Source: Clostridia bacterium (GTDB lineage: Bacteria; Bacillota; Clostridia; Monoglobales; Monoglobaceae). From it: a DNA stretch of 64,000 bases. The stretch is from positions 8,138 to 72,137 of the forward strand of contig JAZNHF010000036.1 of the NCBI GenBank assembly GCA_045576835.1, given 5' to 3'. The position numbers and the translations under genes were made by a program. Each line of letters starts with the position of its first letter. Position 1 is the stretch's first letter. Below are positions 9,253 to 20,141 of this stretch, one piece after another. Below the pieces are notes generated by a model. It did not search any database. It worked only from the letters and a program-made list of their open reading frames with translations, and was not told the origin of the DNA.

Positions 9253-11043
9253 ATGTTTATAACTGATGATATCAAATATATCGGTGTTGATGACCATAAT
9301 ATAGATTTGTTTGAGGGGCAATATATTGTTCCAAACGGTATGTCATACAATTCCTATGCAATAATTGACGAAAAGATAGCAATAATGGATACAGTTGATG
9401 CAAGATTTACCCACGAGTGGCTTGATAATATTGATAATGCAGTAGGCAAAAGAGCGGTTGATTATCTTATAATTCAACATATGGAGCCTGACCACTCTGC
9501 GAACATTTCTAATTTTATGAACCTCAACCCTGAAACTGTAATCGTTGCGTCTGACAAGGCGTTTAAAATGATGAGACAGTTTTTCGGTACAGACTATGAG
9601 GACAGAAGAATAATAATCTCCGAGGGGGATACCCTCTCCCTCGGAAAGCACGAGCTTTCGTTTGTGTCTGCACCTATGGTTCATTGGCCCGAGGTTATGG
9701 TTACATACGACAGGGCGGACAAGGTGCTTTTTTCGGCAGACGGGTTTGGCAAGTTTGGTGCTCTTGACACAGACGAGGATTGGGCTTGTGAGGCTCGCAG
9801 ATACTATATCGGAATTGTCGGTAAATACGGTGCTCAAGTGCAGAAGCTTCTTAAATCTGCAAGCACACTTGATATTGAGGTAATATGTCCTCTGCACGGA
9901 CCTGTCCTTAAAGAAAATCTCGGCTATTATATTGGTTTGTATAACACCTGGTCATCTTATTCGGTTGAGACCGAGGGGATAGTTATTGCGTATACATCGG
10001 TATACGGTAATACAAAGACTGCGGTAGAGCTTCTTGCGGAAAAGCTTAAATCAAACGGTTGTCCGAGGGTTGTTATAAATGATTTGGCTCGCTGTGATAT
10101 GGCAGAGGCGATAGAGGATGCCTTCAGATACAGTAAGCTTGTTCTGGCAACCACTACCTACAATTCGGATATATTCCCCTTTATGCGACAGTTCATTGAC
10201 GGTCTTGCAGAGAGAGGCTATCAGAACAGAACTGTCGCATTTATAGAAAATGGCTCCTGGGCACCGCTTGCAACCAAGGTTATGCGGGGAATGATGGAAA
10301 AATGCAGGAACATAACCTATACAGATACAAATGTAACGATTTTGTCGGCACTCTCGGATGAGAGCAGGAGAGATATAGATGCACTTGCATCGGAGCTTTG
10401 CCGTGACTATATTGCACAAGACAGCGAGACTGCAAACAAGAACGATTTATCTGCACTTTTCAACATTGGCTACGGACTTTATGTTGTTACCTCAAGTGAC
10501 GGCAAGAAAGATAACGGCTTGATTGTAAACACAGTTACTCAAGTCACGAACACACCTAATCGCATTGCGGTTACGATAAACAAAGATAATTATTCACATC
10601 ATATTATAAAGCAGACGGGAATTATGAATATAAACTGTCTCTCTGTTGATGCACCCTTTAGTGTGTTTGAAACCTTTGGCTTTGCGAGCGGAAGAAACAC
10701 GGACAAATTTGCAGGAATAGAGCCTTTGCGTTCAGACAACGGTCTTGCCTTTTTGCCGAGATATATAAACTCGTTTATGTCGCTTAAGGTAGAGCAGTAT
10801 ATAGACCTTGATACCCACGGAATGTTTATCTGCAGTATAACAGAGGCGAGAGTAATATCAGATGCAGAGACGATGACTTACAGCTATTACCAAAGCAATG
10901 TTAAACCCAAGCCAAAGACAGAAGGCAAAAAGGGGTTTGTCTGCAAGATATGCGGATATGTGTACGAGGGCGATGTACTGCCCGATGATTTTATTTGTCC
11001 TCTTTGCAAGCATGGGGCATTGGATTTTGAACCGATAGTGTAA
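9253..11043 (+). CDS. Multidomain flavodiiron protein: metallo-beta-lactamase-like diiron, flavodoxin, flavin-reductase-like and rubredoxin domains
   Basis: Diiron motif 'HMEPDH'. A flavodoxin-like middle begins at 'VIAYTSVYGNTK'. A 'GLYVVTS...NGLIVNTV' FMN split-barrel-like segment follows. The C-terminal rubredoxin knuckles are 'CKICGYVY' and 'CPLCKHG'. RBS GGAGG precedes ATG 9253. Confidence 0.85.
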   Translation: MFITDDIKYIGVDDHNIDLFEGQYIVPNGMSYNSYAIIDEKIAIMDTVDARFTHEWLDNIDNAVGKRAVDYLIIQHMEPDHSANISNFMNLNPETVIVASDKAFKMMRQFFGTDYEDRRIIISEGDTLSLGKHELSFVSAPMVHWPEVMVTYDRADKVLFSADGFGKFGALDTDEDWACEARRYYIGIVGKYGAQVQKLLKSASTLDIEVICPLHGPVLKENLGYYIGLYNTWSSYSVETEGIVIAYTSVYGNTKTAVELLAEKLKSNGCPRVVINDLARCDMAEAIEDAFRYSKLVLATTTYNSDIFPFMRQFIDGLAERGYQNRTVAFIENGSWAPLATKVMRGMMEKCRNITYTDTNVTILSALSDESRRDIDALASELCRDYIAQDSETANKNDLSALFNIGYGLYVVTSSDGKKDNGLIVNTVTQVTNTPNRIAVTINKDNYSHHIIKQTGIMNINCLSVDAPFSVFETFGFASGRNTDKFAGIEPLRSDNGLAFLPRYINSFMSLKVEQYIDLDTHGMFICSITEARVISDAETMTYSYYQSNVKPKPKTEGKKGFVCKICGYVYEGDVLPDDFICPLCKHGALDFEPIV

Positions 11044-11075
11044 AACAATTAAATATTTTGACAGAGGAATACTTG

Positions 11076-11104
11076 TCATATTCATAAAAATTCCTTCATA
11101 GAAT
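11076..11104 (+). promoter_or_regulatory. Mother-cell sigmaE-type promoter upstream of spoIVA
   Basis: TCATATT, 14-nt spacer, CATAGAAT. As I recall it, the B. subtilis sigmaE consensus is ZHATAXX-14-CATACAHT, giving one mismatch here. It lies 64 nt upstream of the spoIVA ATG. Confidence 0.5.
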
Positions 11105-11167
11105 GTATTAAAAATGGTAGTACAGCTTGTGCGCCCGTATAAATGCACGAATATGGAGGAATTTTTA

Positions 11168-12646
11168 ATGGTCGAATACAATGTATATCGGGATATCGCA
11201 GAGAGAACCCAAGGAGATGTCTACATAGGGGTAGTAGGCCCTGTAAGGACAGGAAAATCAACATTTATAAAGAAATTTATGGAGCTTCTTGTTCTTCCAA
11301 ATATCGAGAATGAGCATAAAAGAGCAAGAGCACAGGACGAACTTCCGCAGAGTGCGGGTGGAAGAACGATAATGACAACCGAGCCAAAATTTATTCCGAA
11401 TGAAGCAGTTGAGATTGAAATCGATGATAATGTGTCATTCAATGTAAGAATGATAGACTGTGTCGGTTATCTTGTAGACGGGGCACTCGGACACATCGAG
11501 GATGAAATTCCGAGAATGGTAGTAAGCCCATGGTCCGATGAGCCTATTCCATTTGAAACAGCGGCAGAGATTGGAACGCACAAGGTTATAGCAGAGCATT
11601 CTACTGTCGGAATTGTAGTTACAACAGACGGGAGCATAACCGAGCTTGAAAGAGAGAGCTATGCCGCAGCCGAGCAGAGGGTTATAGACGAGCTGAAGGC
11701 TATAAACAAGCCGTTTGTGATTATAATGAATTCGGCTGACCCCACATCAGAGCGTGCGAGGATGTGTAAACGGGCTCTTGAGGAAAAATACGGGACAGAG
11801 GTTATTGCAATCAACTGTATGAACCTTGGCAGAGGGGATATAGACAATATTATGAAGAGTATTCTCTATGAGTTCCCTATCAAAGAGGTAGGCTTTTATA
11901 TGCCCGAGTGGCTCTCGGCCTTATGCGAAGCTAATCAACTTTGCGAGAATATGAACAATGCAGTTTTTGAAAGCTTTGACGGAGTGAAAAAAATATCAGA
12001 TGTTCTCTGCATCCCCGACAAATTGATGAAATATGATTTTGTCGATTCTGCGTGCATTGATAACATTTCTCCAGGCAGCGGCGTTGCCGAGATTAAAATT
12101 CTTTTAGACGAGAAGCTGTATTATGATACCGTTGAGGAGCAAACGGGCTTTAGCATAGAGAACGAAAGTCAGCTTTTAACCCTTTTGACAGAGCTTTCGC
12201 AGATAAAGAAGAGCTATGAAAGAGTAGAGGCGGCACTAAAACAAGTCAACCAGACAGGATACGGAATTGTTACGCCGTCGATTGAGGAATTGTCTCTTGA
12301 AGAACCCGAAATAATAAAGCAAGGTAGTCGATTTGGTGTAAGACTCAGGGCAAGTGCACCCTCTATCCATATGATAAGGGCGGATATTGAAACGGAGGTA
12401 AATCCCATAGTCGGAACAGAGCGTCAGTCAGAAGAGCTTGTCCGTTATCTGCTTGATGAGTTTGAGAGCGACCCCAAGGAAATATGGAAGTCTAATATTT
12501 TCGGCAAGTCCCTGCACGAGCTTGTGAACGAGGGTCTTCACAACAAGCTGTATCGTATGCCCGACGATGCAAGAATGAAAATTCAGGAAACCCTGCAAAG
12601 GATAATCAACGAGGGCAGCGGTGGACTAATCTGCATTATTTTATAA
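11168..12646 (+). CDS. spoIVA: Stage IV sporulation protein A (spore-coat basement-layer ATPase)
   Basis: 'DIAERTQGDVYIGVVGPVRTGKSTFIKKFME' Walker A N-terminus, about 490 aa. GGAGGA is 7 nt before ATG 11168; the track start 11114 is an upstream extension. Confidence 0.92.
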   Translation: MVEYNVYRDIAERTQGDVYIGVVGPVRTGKSTFIKKFMELLVLPNIENEHKRARAQDELPQSAGGRTIMTTEPKFIPNEAVEIEIDDNVSFNVRMIDCVGYLVDGALGHIEDEIPRMVVSPWSDEPIPFETAAEIGTHKVIAEHSTVGIVVTTDGSITELERESYAAAEQRVIDELKAINKPFVIIMNSADPTSERARMCKRALEEKYGTEVIAINCMNLGRGDIDNIMKSILYEFPIKEVGFYMPEWLSALCEANQLCENMNNAVFESFDGVKKISDVLCIPDKLMKYDFVDSACIDNISPGSGVAEIKILLDEKLYYDTVEEQTGFSIENESQLLTLLTELSQIKKSYERVEAALKQVNQTGYGIVTPSIEELSLEEPEIIKQGSRFGVRLRASAPSIHMIRADIETEVNPIVGTERQSEELVRYLLDEFESDPKEIWKSNIFGKSLHELVNEGLHNKLYRMPDDARMKIQETLQRIINEGSGGLICIIL

Positions 12647-12654
12647 AAGTTAGC

Positions 12655-14849
<2,195 letters not shown>

Positions 14850-14879
14850 TTACAGAAAAAGCCTTGACTTTTTCTGTAA
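14850..14879 (+). other. 12-bp hairpin directly after the PTS stop, no T-tail
   Basis: TTACAGAAAAAG-ccttga-CTTTTTCTGTAA. No U-tract follows. It overlaps the -35 of the next promoter. Confidence 0.5.
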
Positions 14880-14892
14880 ATGTGAATATAAT
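14864..14892 (+). promoter_or_regulatory. Near-consensus sigmaA promoter
   Basis: TTGACT, exactly 17 nt, TATAAT. Confidence 0.65.
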
Positions 14893-14923
14893 ATCAAGCA
14901 AGTGCAGTGCTTGATTTATCAAG
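14893..14923 (+). promoter_or_regulatory. Perfect inverted repeat at the predicted start site, plus a third half-site (candidate operator)
   Basis: ATCAAGCA-N7-TGCTTGAT (14893-14915) abuts the -10. ATCAAG recurs at 14918-14923. Confidence 0.35.
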
Positions 14924-14967
14924 TCTTTTGCAAAAATGACAGAAGATTGGACAATGAACGCATTATT

Positions 14968-14996
14968 GGGCAGGTTCAAGTGAACCTGCCCTTTTT
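14968..14996 (+). terminator. Strong intrinsic terminator 39 nt upstream of the aroA ATG
   Basis: GGGCAGGTTC-AAGT-GAACCTGCCC followed by TTTTT. Confidence 0.8.
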
Positions 14997-15035
14997 GGCA
15001 TAAGAGCCGTAATGTGTGATTTTTCGGGGGAGATT

Positions 15036-16304
15036 ATGGATAACGCAATTATAATACCAAAAATGTTAAGCGGGACAGTTACGGTTCCGCCTTCTAAAAG
15101 TGTTGCTCATCGGGCGTTGATTGCAGCTGCCCTCTCGGGCGGAGAGTGTATTATTGACAACCTTGCATTATCAGAGGACATATTGGCAACGCTTGGTGGG
15201 ATATATGCTCTCGGCTCTAAATATCGGTATAATAAAAATACTATGAGGGCGGTAATCTCGCCGAGACGGACCGCTCTTAAATCGGAGAGCGGGGAAATTG
15301 ATTGTAAAGAGAGCGGCTCCACGCTCAAGCTTTTATTGCCGATTGCTCTCTCCCGTGGCGGAAAATACAAATTTACGGGTCAGGGCAGACTTTTACAAAG
15401 ACCGATAAAACCCTATCTTGATATGTTTGCGAAAAAGAATATACTATGCGAGACAAAAGCTGACGGAATATATGTATCAGGCAAACTCAAGGGTGGCAGG
15501 TTTGAGCTTGCGGGAAATGTCAGCTCCCAGTTTATCTCGGGGCTTTTAATGGCACTTCCGCTTGTTGAGGGTGACAGTGAGATAGTTATTACCACCCCGC
15601 CCGAGTCAAGGGGATATATAGATATTACGCTCGGAGTCTTGAAGGATTTTGGAATAGAAATCGAGAACAGGGACTACAAAAAATACTTAATACGCGGCAA
15701 TCAGAGCTATAAGGCACGAAACTATACGATAGAGGGCGACTATTCACAGGGTGCATTTTTCCTTGTTGCGGGGGCACTCGGTTGCAGAGTTGAGCTTTCG
15801 GGTCTGCCGAAGGAGACATATCAGGGCGACAAAGCAATACTTGATATTATAAAGGGTGCGGGCGGAATTATATACGAAAAAGACGGGAAAATCTCTGTTA
15901 AGAGAGCCGAAACAATGCAAGGCAGAGTGATTGATGCTCGTGATATTCCCGACCTTGTACCAATTCTTGCGGTGCTTCTTTGCTTTTGCAAGGGGGAGAG
16001 CAAAATAATAAATGCGGGCAGACTTCGGATGAAGGGAAGCGACAGCCTTTCTGCTCTGACACAAGAGCTTAAAAGGCTCGGGGCAGATATTACGGCGGGA
16101 AGCGATTCTCTTAAAATTGTGGGAAAGCAAACGCTTTGCGGAAACACAGTCTCGGCGTGGAACGACCACAGGATAGCGATGGCTCTTGCGATTGCGTCGT
16201 GCCGATGCGAGGCAGAGCAGATTTGTATTCTCGGCGGAGAAGCCGCAGTAAGAAAATCCTATCCCGACTTCTTTGAGGTGTATAATAAATTGACAGAGGA
16301 TTGA
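15036..16304 (+). CDS. aroA: 3-phosphoshikimate 1-carboxyvinyltransferase (EPSP synthase)
   Basis: 'LSGTVTVPPSKSVAHRALIAAALS', 'KESGSTLKLL', 'NDHRIAMALA'. GGGGGAG precedes ATG 15036. Confidence 0.92.
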   Translation: MDNAIIIPKMLSGTVTVPPSKSVAHRALIAAALSGGECIIDNLALSEDILATLGGIYALGSKYRYNKNTMRAVISPRRTALKSESGEIDCKESGSTLKLLLPIALSRGGKYKFTGQGRLLQRPIKPYLDMFAKKNILCETKADGIYVSGKLKGGRFELAGNVSSQFISGLLMALPLVEGDSEIVITTPPESRGYIDITLGVLKDFGIEIENRDYKKYLIRGNQSYKARNYTIEGDYSQGAFFLVAGALGCRVELSGLPKETYQGDKAILDIIKGAGGIIYEKDGKISVKRAETMQGRVIDARDIPDLVPILAVLLCFCKGESKIINAGRLRMKGSDSLSALTQELKRLGADITAGSDSLKIVGKQTLCGNTVSAWNDHRIAMALAIASCRCEAEQICILGGEAAVRKSYPDFFEVYNKLTED

Positions 16305-16352
16305 TTTTATAAACAGTATAAACGAAATATCAGACAAAGAAGGAAAATTTAT

Positions 16353-16898
16353 ATGAAGATATTTGTTGCGTCTGACATACACGGGTCAGAGTATTATTGC
16401 AGAAAAATGACAGAGCTGTTCAGCAGAGAAAAATGCGACAAGATGGTATTGCTTGGTGATATTTTATATCACGGACCGAGGAACGATCTGCCGAGAGACT
16501 ATAATCCAAAGGGTGTTATCACTTTGCTTGATGCTTTGGCAGATAAAATATTGTGTGTACGGGGAAACTGCGATGCCGAGGTTGATCAAATGGTATTGTC
16601 TTTTCCGATAATGGCAGAGTATGGCTGGCTGTTTTTGAACGGAAAGAGAATTTATCTTACACATGGTCACAAAGCGGTTGACGATACAATAAAAAAGGGT
16701 GCCGATATTGTGCTGTTTGGGCATACGCATATCCCGCAATGCGTCTGCGAGTCGGGTGTGCTTATGGTAAATCCAGGCTCTGTAGCCATACCAAAAGAGG
16801 AAAGCAAAAACAGTTGCTTGATTATAGATGAGGGGATACTTTCCTGGTATGATTTGAGCACATCTGGAATATATAAAAACTATAAAATTGAAAATTGA
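16353..16898 (+). CDS. YfcE-type metallophosphoesterase (MJ0936 family)
   Basis: 'MKIFVASDIHG', 'GDILYHG', 'GNCD', 'THGH', 'GHTH'. Confidence 0.8.
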   Translation: MKIFVASDIHGSEYYCRKMTELFSREKCDKMVLLGDILYHGPRNDLPRDYNPKGVITLLDALADKILCVRGNCDAEVDQMVLSFPIMAEYGWLFLNGKRIYLTHGHKAVDDTIKKGADIVLFGHTHIPQCVCESGVLMVNPGSVAIPKEESKNSCLIIDEGILSWYDLSTSGIYKNYKIEN

Positions 16899-16950
16899 CT
16901 TATTAAGAATATTTTGCTATAATAAAACATATTATCGGAGGTGAACAATA

Positions 16951-17571
16951 ATGAGGGTTATTACAGTCAGTCGTGAGTTTGGAAGCGGAGGAAGAGAGCT
17001 TGCAAAGAGACTTGCAGATGTGCTTGGCGTTCAGTACTACGACCGCGAGATTTTGTCTGCTATTGCGGATAAATGCCGTCTTGATGAAAGGTATGTGGAG
17101 GATGTTCTCAACAAAAAGCTTATGGCGAACTATCCGATTACCTTTTCACAGACATTTTCGTACATTCCTATGATGGAGACAAATGTTAATCAGATACTAT
17201 TTGAACAACATAAGATAATCAAAGAGTTTGCAGAAAAAGAGGACTGTATTATCGTCGGAAGATGTGCCGATATAATTTTGCAGGACCAAAATCCGTTCAA
17301 GCTCTTTGTGTATGCTGAAACAGAGGCAAAGGTTCAGCGTTGTATGGACAGAAAAGACCCAAAGGAAAATTATACCGAAAAGGAAATTGAAAAGAAGATT
17401 AAACAAATCGATAGGGCTAGGGCAAGCTATCACAATGTTATTTCCAACTATGATTGGGGTGACAAGAGAGGCTATGACCTTTGCGTAAACACAACGAATG
17501 TAAATATTAAAGAAATGGTTCCTGTTGTTGCTCAATATATCAATTTATGGTTTGATGAACAAAAGGTTTAA
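16951..17571 (+). CDS. Cytidylate-kinase-like family protein
   Basis: 'ITVSREFGSGGRELAKRLADVLGVQYYDREIL' N-terminus, as I recall for this family. RBS GGAGGTG lies upstream. Confidence 0.75.
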   Translation: MRVITVSREFGSGGRELAKRLADVLGVQYYDREILSAIADKCRLDERYVEDVLNKKLMANYPITFSQTFSYIPMMETNVNQILFEQHKIIKEFAEKEDCIIVGRCADIILQDQNPFKLFVYAETEAKVQRCMDRKDPKENYTEKEIEKKIKQIDRARASYHNVISNYDWGDKRGYDLCVNTTNVNIKEMVPVVAQYINLWFDEQKV

Positions 17572-17592
17572 AGTTTATGTGATACGGATTTT

Positions 17593-17640
17593 TTGTTATG
17601 CACACAAAGCAAATCCTTGTGTGCATAACAAAATTTATTT
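17593..17640 (+). terminator. Intrinsic terminator
   Basis: TTGTTATGCACACAA / TTGTGTGCATAACAA 15-bp stem, then a T-rich tail. Confidence 0.75.
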
Positions 17641-17650
17641 ATCAAAACCC

Positions 17651-17679
17651 TTGACATATTGAAAAAAATATGATATACT
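17651..17679 (+). promoter_or_regulatory. SigmaA promoter for tRNA-Gly
   Basis: TTGACA, 17 nt, TATACT, about 28 nt upstream of the tRNA 5' end. Confidence 0.65.
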
Positions 17680-17706
17680 GTTTCAGTCAGTTGAGAGAAA
17701 TTATAT

Positions 17707-17781
17707 GCGGGAGTGGCTCAGTGGTAGAGCGTCACCTTGCCAAGGTGAACGTCGCGAGTTCGAATCTCGTCTTCCGCTCCA
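17707..17781 (+). tRNA. tRNA-Gly (anticodon GCC), CCA encoded
   Basis: Cloverleaf read by hand. Acceptor GCGGGAG/CTTCCGC, D stem GCTC/GAGC, anticodon stem TCACC/GGTGA with loop TTGCCAA, T stem GCGAG/CTCGT with TTCGAAT loop, then T-CCA. Confidence 0.95.
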
Positions 17782-17785
17782 TAGA

Positions 17786-17815
17786 ATATCAAGTCATCCG
17801 ACTTGATATTTTTTT
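17786..17815 (+). terminator. Intrinsic terminator after tRNA-Gly
   Basis: ATATCAAGTC-ATCC-GACTTGATAT followed by T6. Confidence 0.85.
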
Positions 17816-17911
17816 ATATTAAATCAAAGGATGATAAGACGGAGGTTGCAAAGCAGATTTTAAGTGTTTCTGCTATTACAGAAATAAATTTTGTGCATAG
17901 GAGAGATATTG

Positions 17912-18478
17912 ATGAAGATATTTAAATTAGTGGCGGGATTGTATGTGAACCAGATATTCATAATTGTTATATCCTGGATTTTGACATATCCGCTCTTTAA
18001 TATTGCGAGAACAATGCCGATGGCATTTTCTGCAATTACATCGGCAATATATCTTGTCTTTATGTATTCGTATGCCTGGAACATCGGCTATCGTGATGCA
18101 AGAAAAATCCCAGGATATATGCCAAGCCGGCAGGTGCCGATTAAGGTTTCGCTATATAGTGCGATATTACCTGTTTTACTTCTCCTGATAAGGGTGTTTT
18201 TCCCCGATATATGGGCAAGCGAAAATCCATTTCTGACAGGAGAGACCGACTTGATTGTTTTGAATTGCAAAACAATGGGAACGCCCGACTTTTTGTATAG
18301 ATTATGGTATTTTCCCTTTGCGGCATTTGTGCCGACTGGGAATTTAACAGCTTACATACTTGAGCTGTTTCCTCTTCCTATTATAGTGTTTGCGGGATAT
18401 TACACAGGTCTTAAACGCTTTAGCATATCTTATTTTTTGCGTAGCAAAATTGTCTATAAAAACAACAAGGACAAATAA
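17912..18478 (+). CDS. Hypothetical polytopic membrane protein
   Basis: AGGAGAG RBS before ATG 17912. Several hydrophobic helices. I recognise no family. Confidence 0.6.
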   Translation: MKIFKLVAGLYVNQIFIIVISWILTYPLFNIARTMPMAFSAITSAIYLVFMYSYAWNIGYRDARKIPGYMPSRQVPIKVSLYSAILPVLLLLIRVFFPDIWASENPFLTGETDLIVLNCKTMGTPDFLYRLWYFPFAAFVPTGNLTAYILELFPLPIIVFAGYYTGLKRFSISYFLRSKIVYKNNKDK

Positions 18479-18499
18479 AAATTTATTGGAGAGAAAGCT

Positions 18500-20077
18500 A
18501 TGAGAAAGCTTTTATTAGGGGTCTTAGTTATAATAATAGCTTTAATGTTGCCGACATCAATTTTTGCAGAAGATAACTACGACTCGTACATTGTAAAATA
18601 TAAAGATGGTTGCACTCCTGTCAGTATGTCGACCTTTTCGTTGTCCTGTGACGGGGAGGGCATAGAGCCTATCGTCGAGGACTGGAATATGTATAAGGTG
18701 GATAAAGAGAACTTGGCATACCTTGATATGTCGCAGATTGAGTACATCGAGCCGAATTATAAGCTTGAGCTATATTTTGAATATACTCCGAATGATACAT
18801 ATTATCAATATCAGTGGAGTTTGCCTATGATAAAAATGCCTTATGTATGGGAAAAAGGCTATTTCGGCGAAGGAATAAAGGTGGCGGTCATTGACTCGGG
18901 GATAGACCTTAAGCATTTGGATTTACACGGGTATATTTCAGAGGGAAATTGTGTAGATTTTTCAGGCAGCGGATATTTTGAAGAGACACTTCCTGAATAT
19001 TACGCAATAAATAATAGTGCCAACAATCACGGAACAAGCGTAGCAAGTGTTATATCTTCAGGTATAAATAACGGCAACGGAATTGCGGGTGTTTCCAAGG
19101 CACAAATATATATGCTTAAGGTTTTTAGAGCAGTTAAGCTTGACGGAAATACAATTACATACATGGGTGAGGTTTCAAACACAATTTCCGCATTACATTA
19201 TGCGGTTAACAATATAAAATGCGATGTTGTCAATATGAGCCTTGGATTTTCTTCTGACAGCGGTGGTGAAATCCCTGCGACAAACGAAACGATGAAATCG
19301 CTTCGCAGGGTAATTGATTTTGCTTATCAAAATGGAACAATTCTTGTTGCCGCATCGGGAAATGACGGAGACAAAGGAAATGCAATAAGTTATCCTGCGT
19401 ACTCTGACCATGTTATCTCAGTCGGTTCGGTTAATGCTGAAAAGGCAATTTCGCCATTTTCGACATATAATAAGATGTTAGATGTTGTTGCACCCGGAGA
19501 GGGCGTGCTTACAGCCTGTGGTTATTACCCCGAAGAGGATGATGGAAGGGATGTGTATTCATTCAGAGGCGGTACATCGTTTGCAGCACCGCATATCGCA
19601 GGCATATGTGCCGTTGCAAAAGGAATAAACAGGGATATAACTCAGGACGATATTGAGCTTCTGATAAAATATTCTTGTGAGGATTTAGGCAGTGGGGGAA
19701 GAGATGATTACTATGGTTGGGGTCTTATAGATGCAAACAGATTGATTACGCTTGTCGATACTGCCGAGTCAGAGCTTGCAGCGGGATATCCGACATACGA
19801 TGCTACCAAAGATGAGCTTACGCTTAATTATTTTAATTCAAGCAATACGACACAGTATACGGGCGTATCATCAAGGGCGATTGTGTATGACGAAAATGGG
19901 GTTCTTACTTATATAAGCGGGCCTACCGAGATAACCGTACCTGCCTTTTCGGAACAGTCCTACTCCTTTGAGGGTATAGATATTCCAAATGGCGGATGTG
20001 CAAAAATTCTTTGTATGAGCGATTGGCAGAAAATGGTGCCTGCAACGAATGTTGCGGTTTATAGGATGTCTTTATAA
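18500..20077 (+). CDS. Secreted subtilisin-like serine protease (S8) with extra C-terminal domain
   Basis: Signal peptide 'LMLPTSIFA'. Catalytic triad contexts 'VAVIDSGID', 'NHGTSVAS', 'GGTSFAAPHIAG'. Confidence 0.85.
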   Translation: MRKLLLGVLVIIIALMLPTSIFAEDNYDSYIVKYKDGCTPVSMSTFSLSCDGEGIEPIVEDWNMYKVDKENLAYLDMSQIEYIEPNYKLELYFEYTPNDTYYQYQWSLPMIKMPYVWEKGYFGEGIKVAVIDSGIDLKHLDLHGYISEGNCVDFSGSGYFEETLPEYYAINNSANNHGTSVASVISSGINNGNGIAGVSKAQIYMLKVFRAVKLDGNTITYMGEVSNTISALHYAVNNIKCDVVNMSLGFSSDSGGEIPATNETMKSLRRVIDFAYQNGTILVAASGNDGDKGNAISYPAYSDHVISVGSVNAEKAISPFSTYNKMLDVVAPGEGVLTACGYYPEEDDGRDVYSFRGGTSFAAPHIAGICAVAKGINRDITQDDIELLIKYSCEDLGSGGRDDYYGWGLIDANRLITLVDTAESELAAGYPTYDATKDELTLNYFNSSNTTQYTGVSSRAIVYDENGVLTYISGPTEITVPAFSEQSYSFEGIDIPNGGCAKILCMSDWQKMVPATNVAVYRMSL

Positions 20078-20141
20078 TTACATAATCATAATAATAAATC
20101 ACCGATTGTGTGTCATATAATGATAGCAAGAGGTGATTTTT

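Noticed and set aside
14936-14983. 15-codon sORF (MTEDWTMNALLGRFK*) in the aroA leader, ending in the terminator loop: a possible Trp/Phe leader peptide
   Set aside because: No Shine-Dalgarno sequence precedes the ATG. It has only one Trp and one Phe codon and no tandem regulatory codons. I found no obvious anti-terminator alternative pairing, so it stays a footnote to the leader finding.
14893-14996. T-box or TRAP-type control of aroA
   Set aside because: The leader is about 100 nt, while T-boxes are roughly twice that and carry a conserved T-box sequence I do not see. There is no array of GAG/UAG triplets spaced by 2-3 nt.
17707-17781. tRNA-Gly as an integration site for a genomic island
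   Set aside because: There is no integrase and no duplicated tRNA 3' segment within the following 4 kb. The downstream genes end at an ordinary bidirectional terminator.
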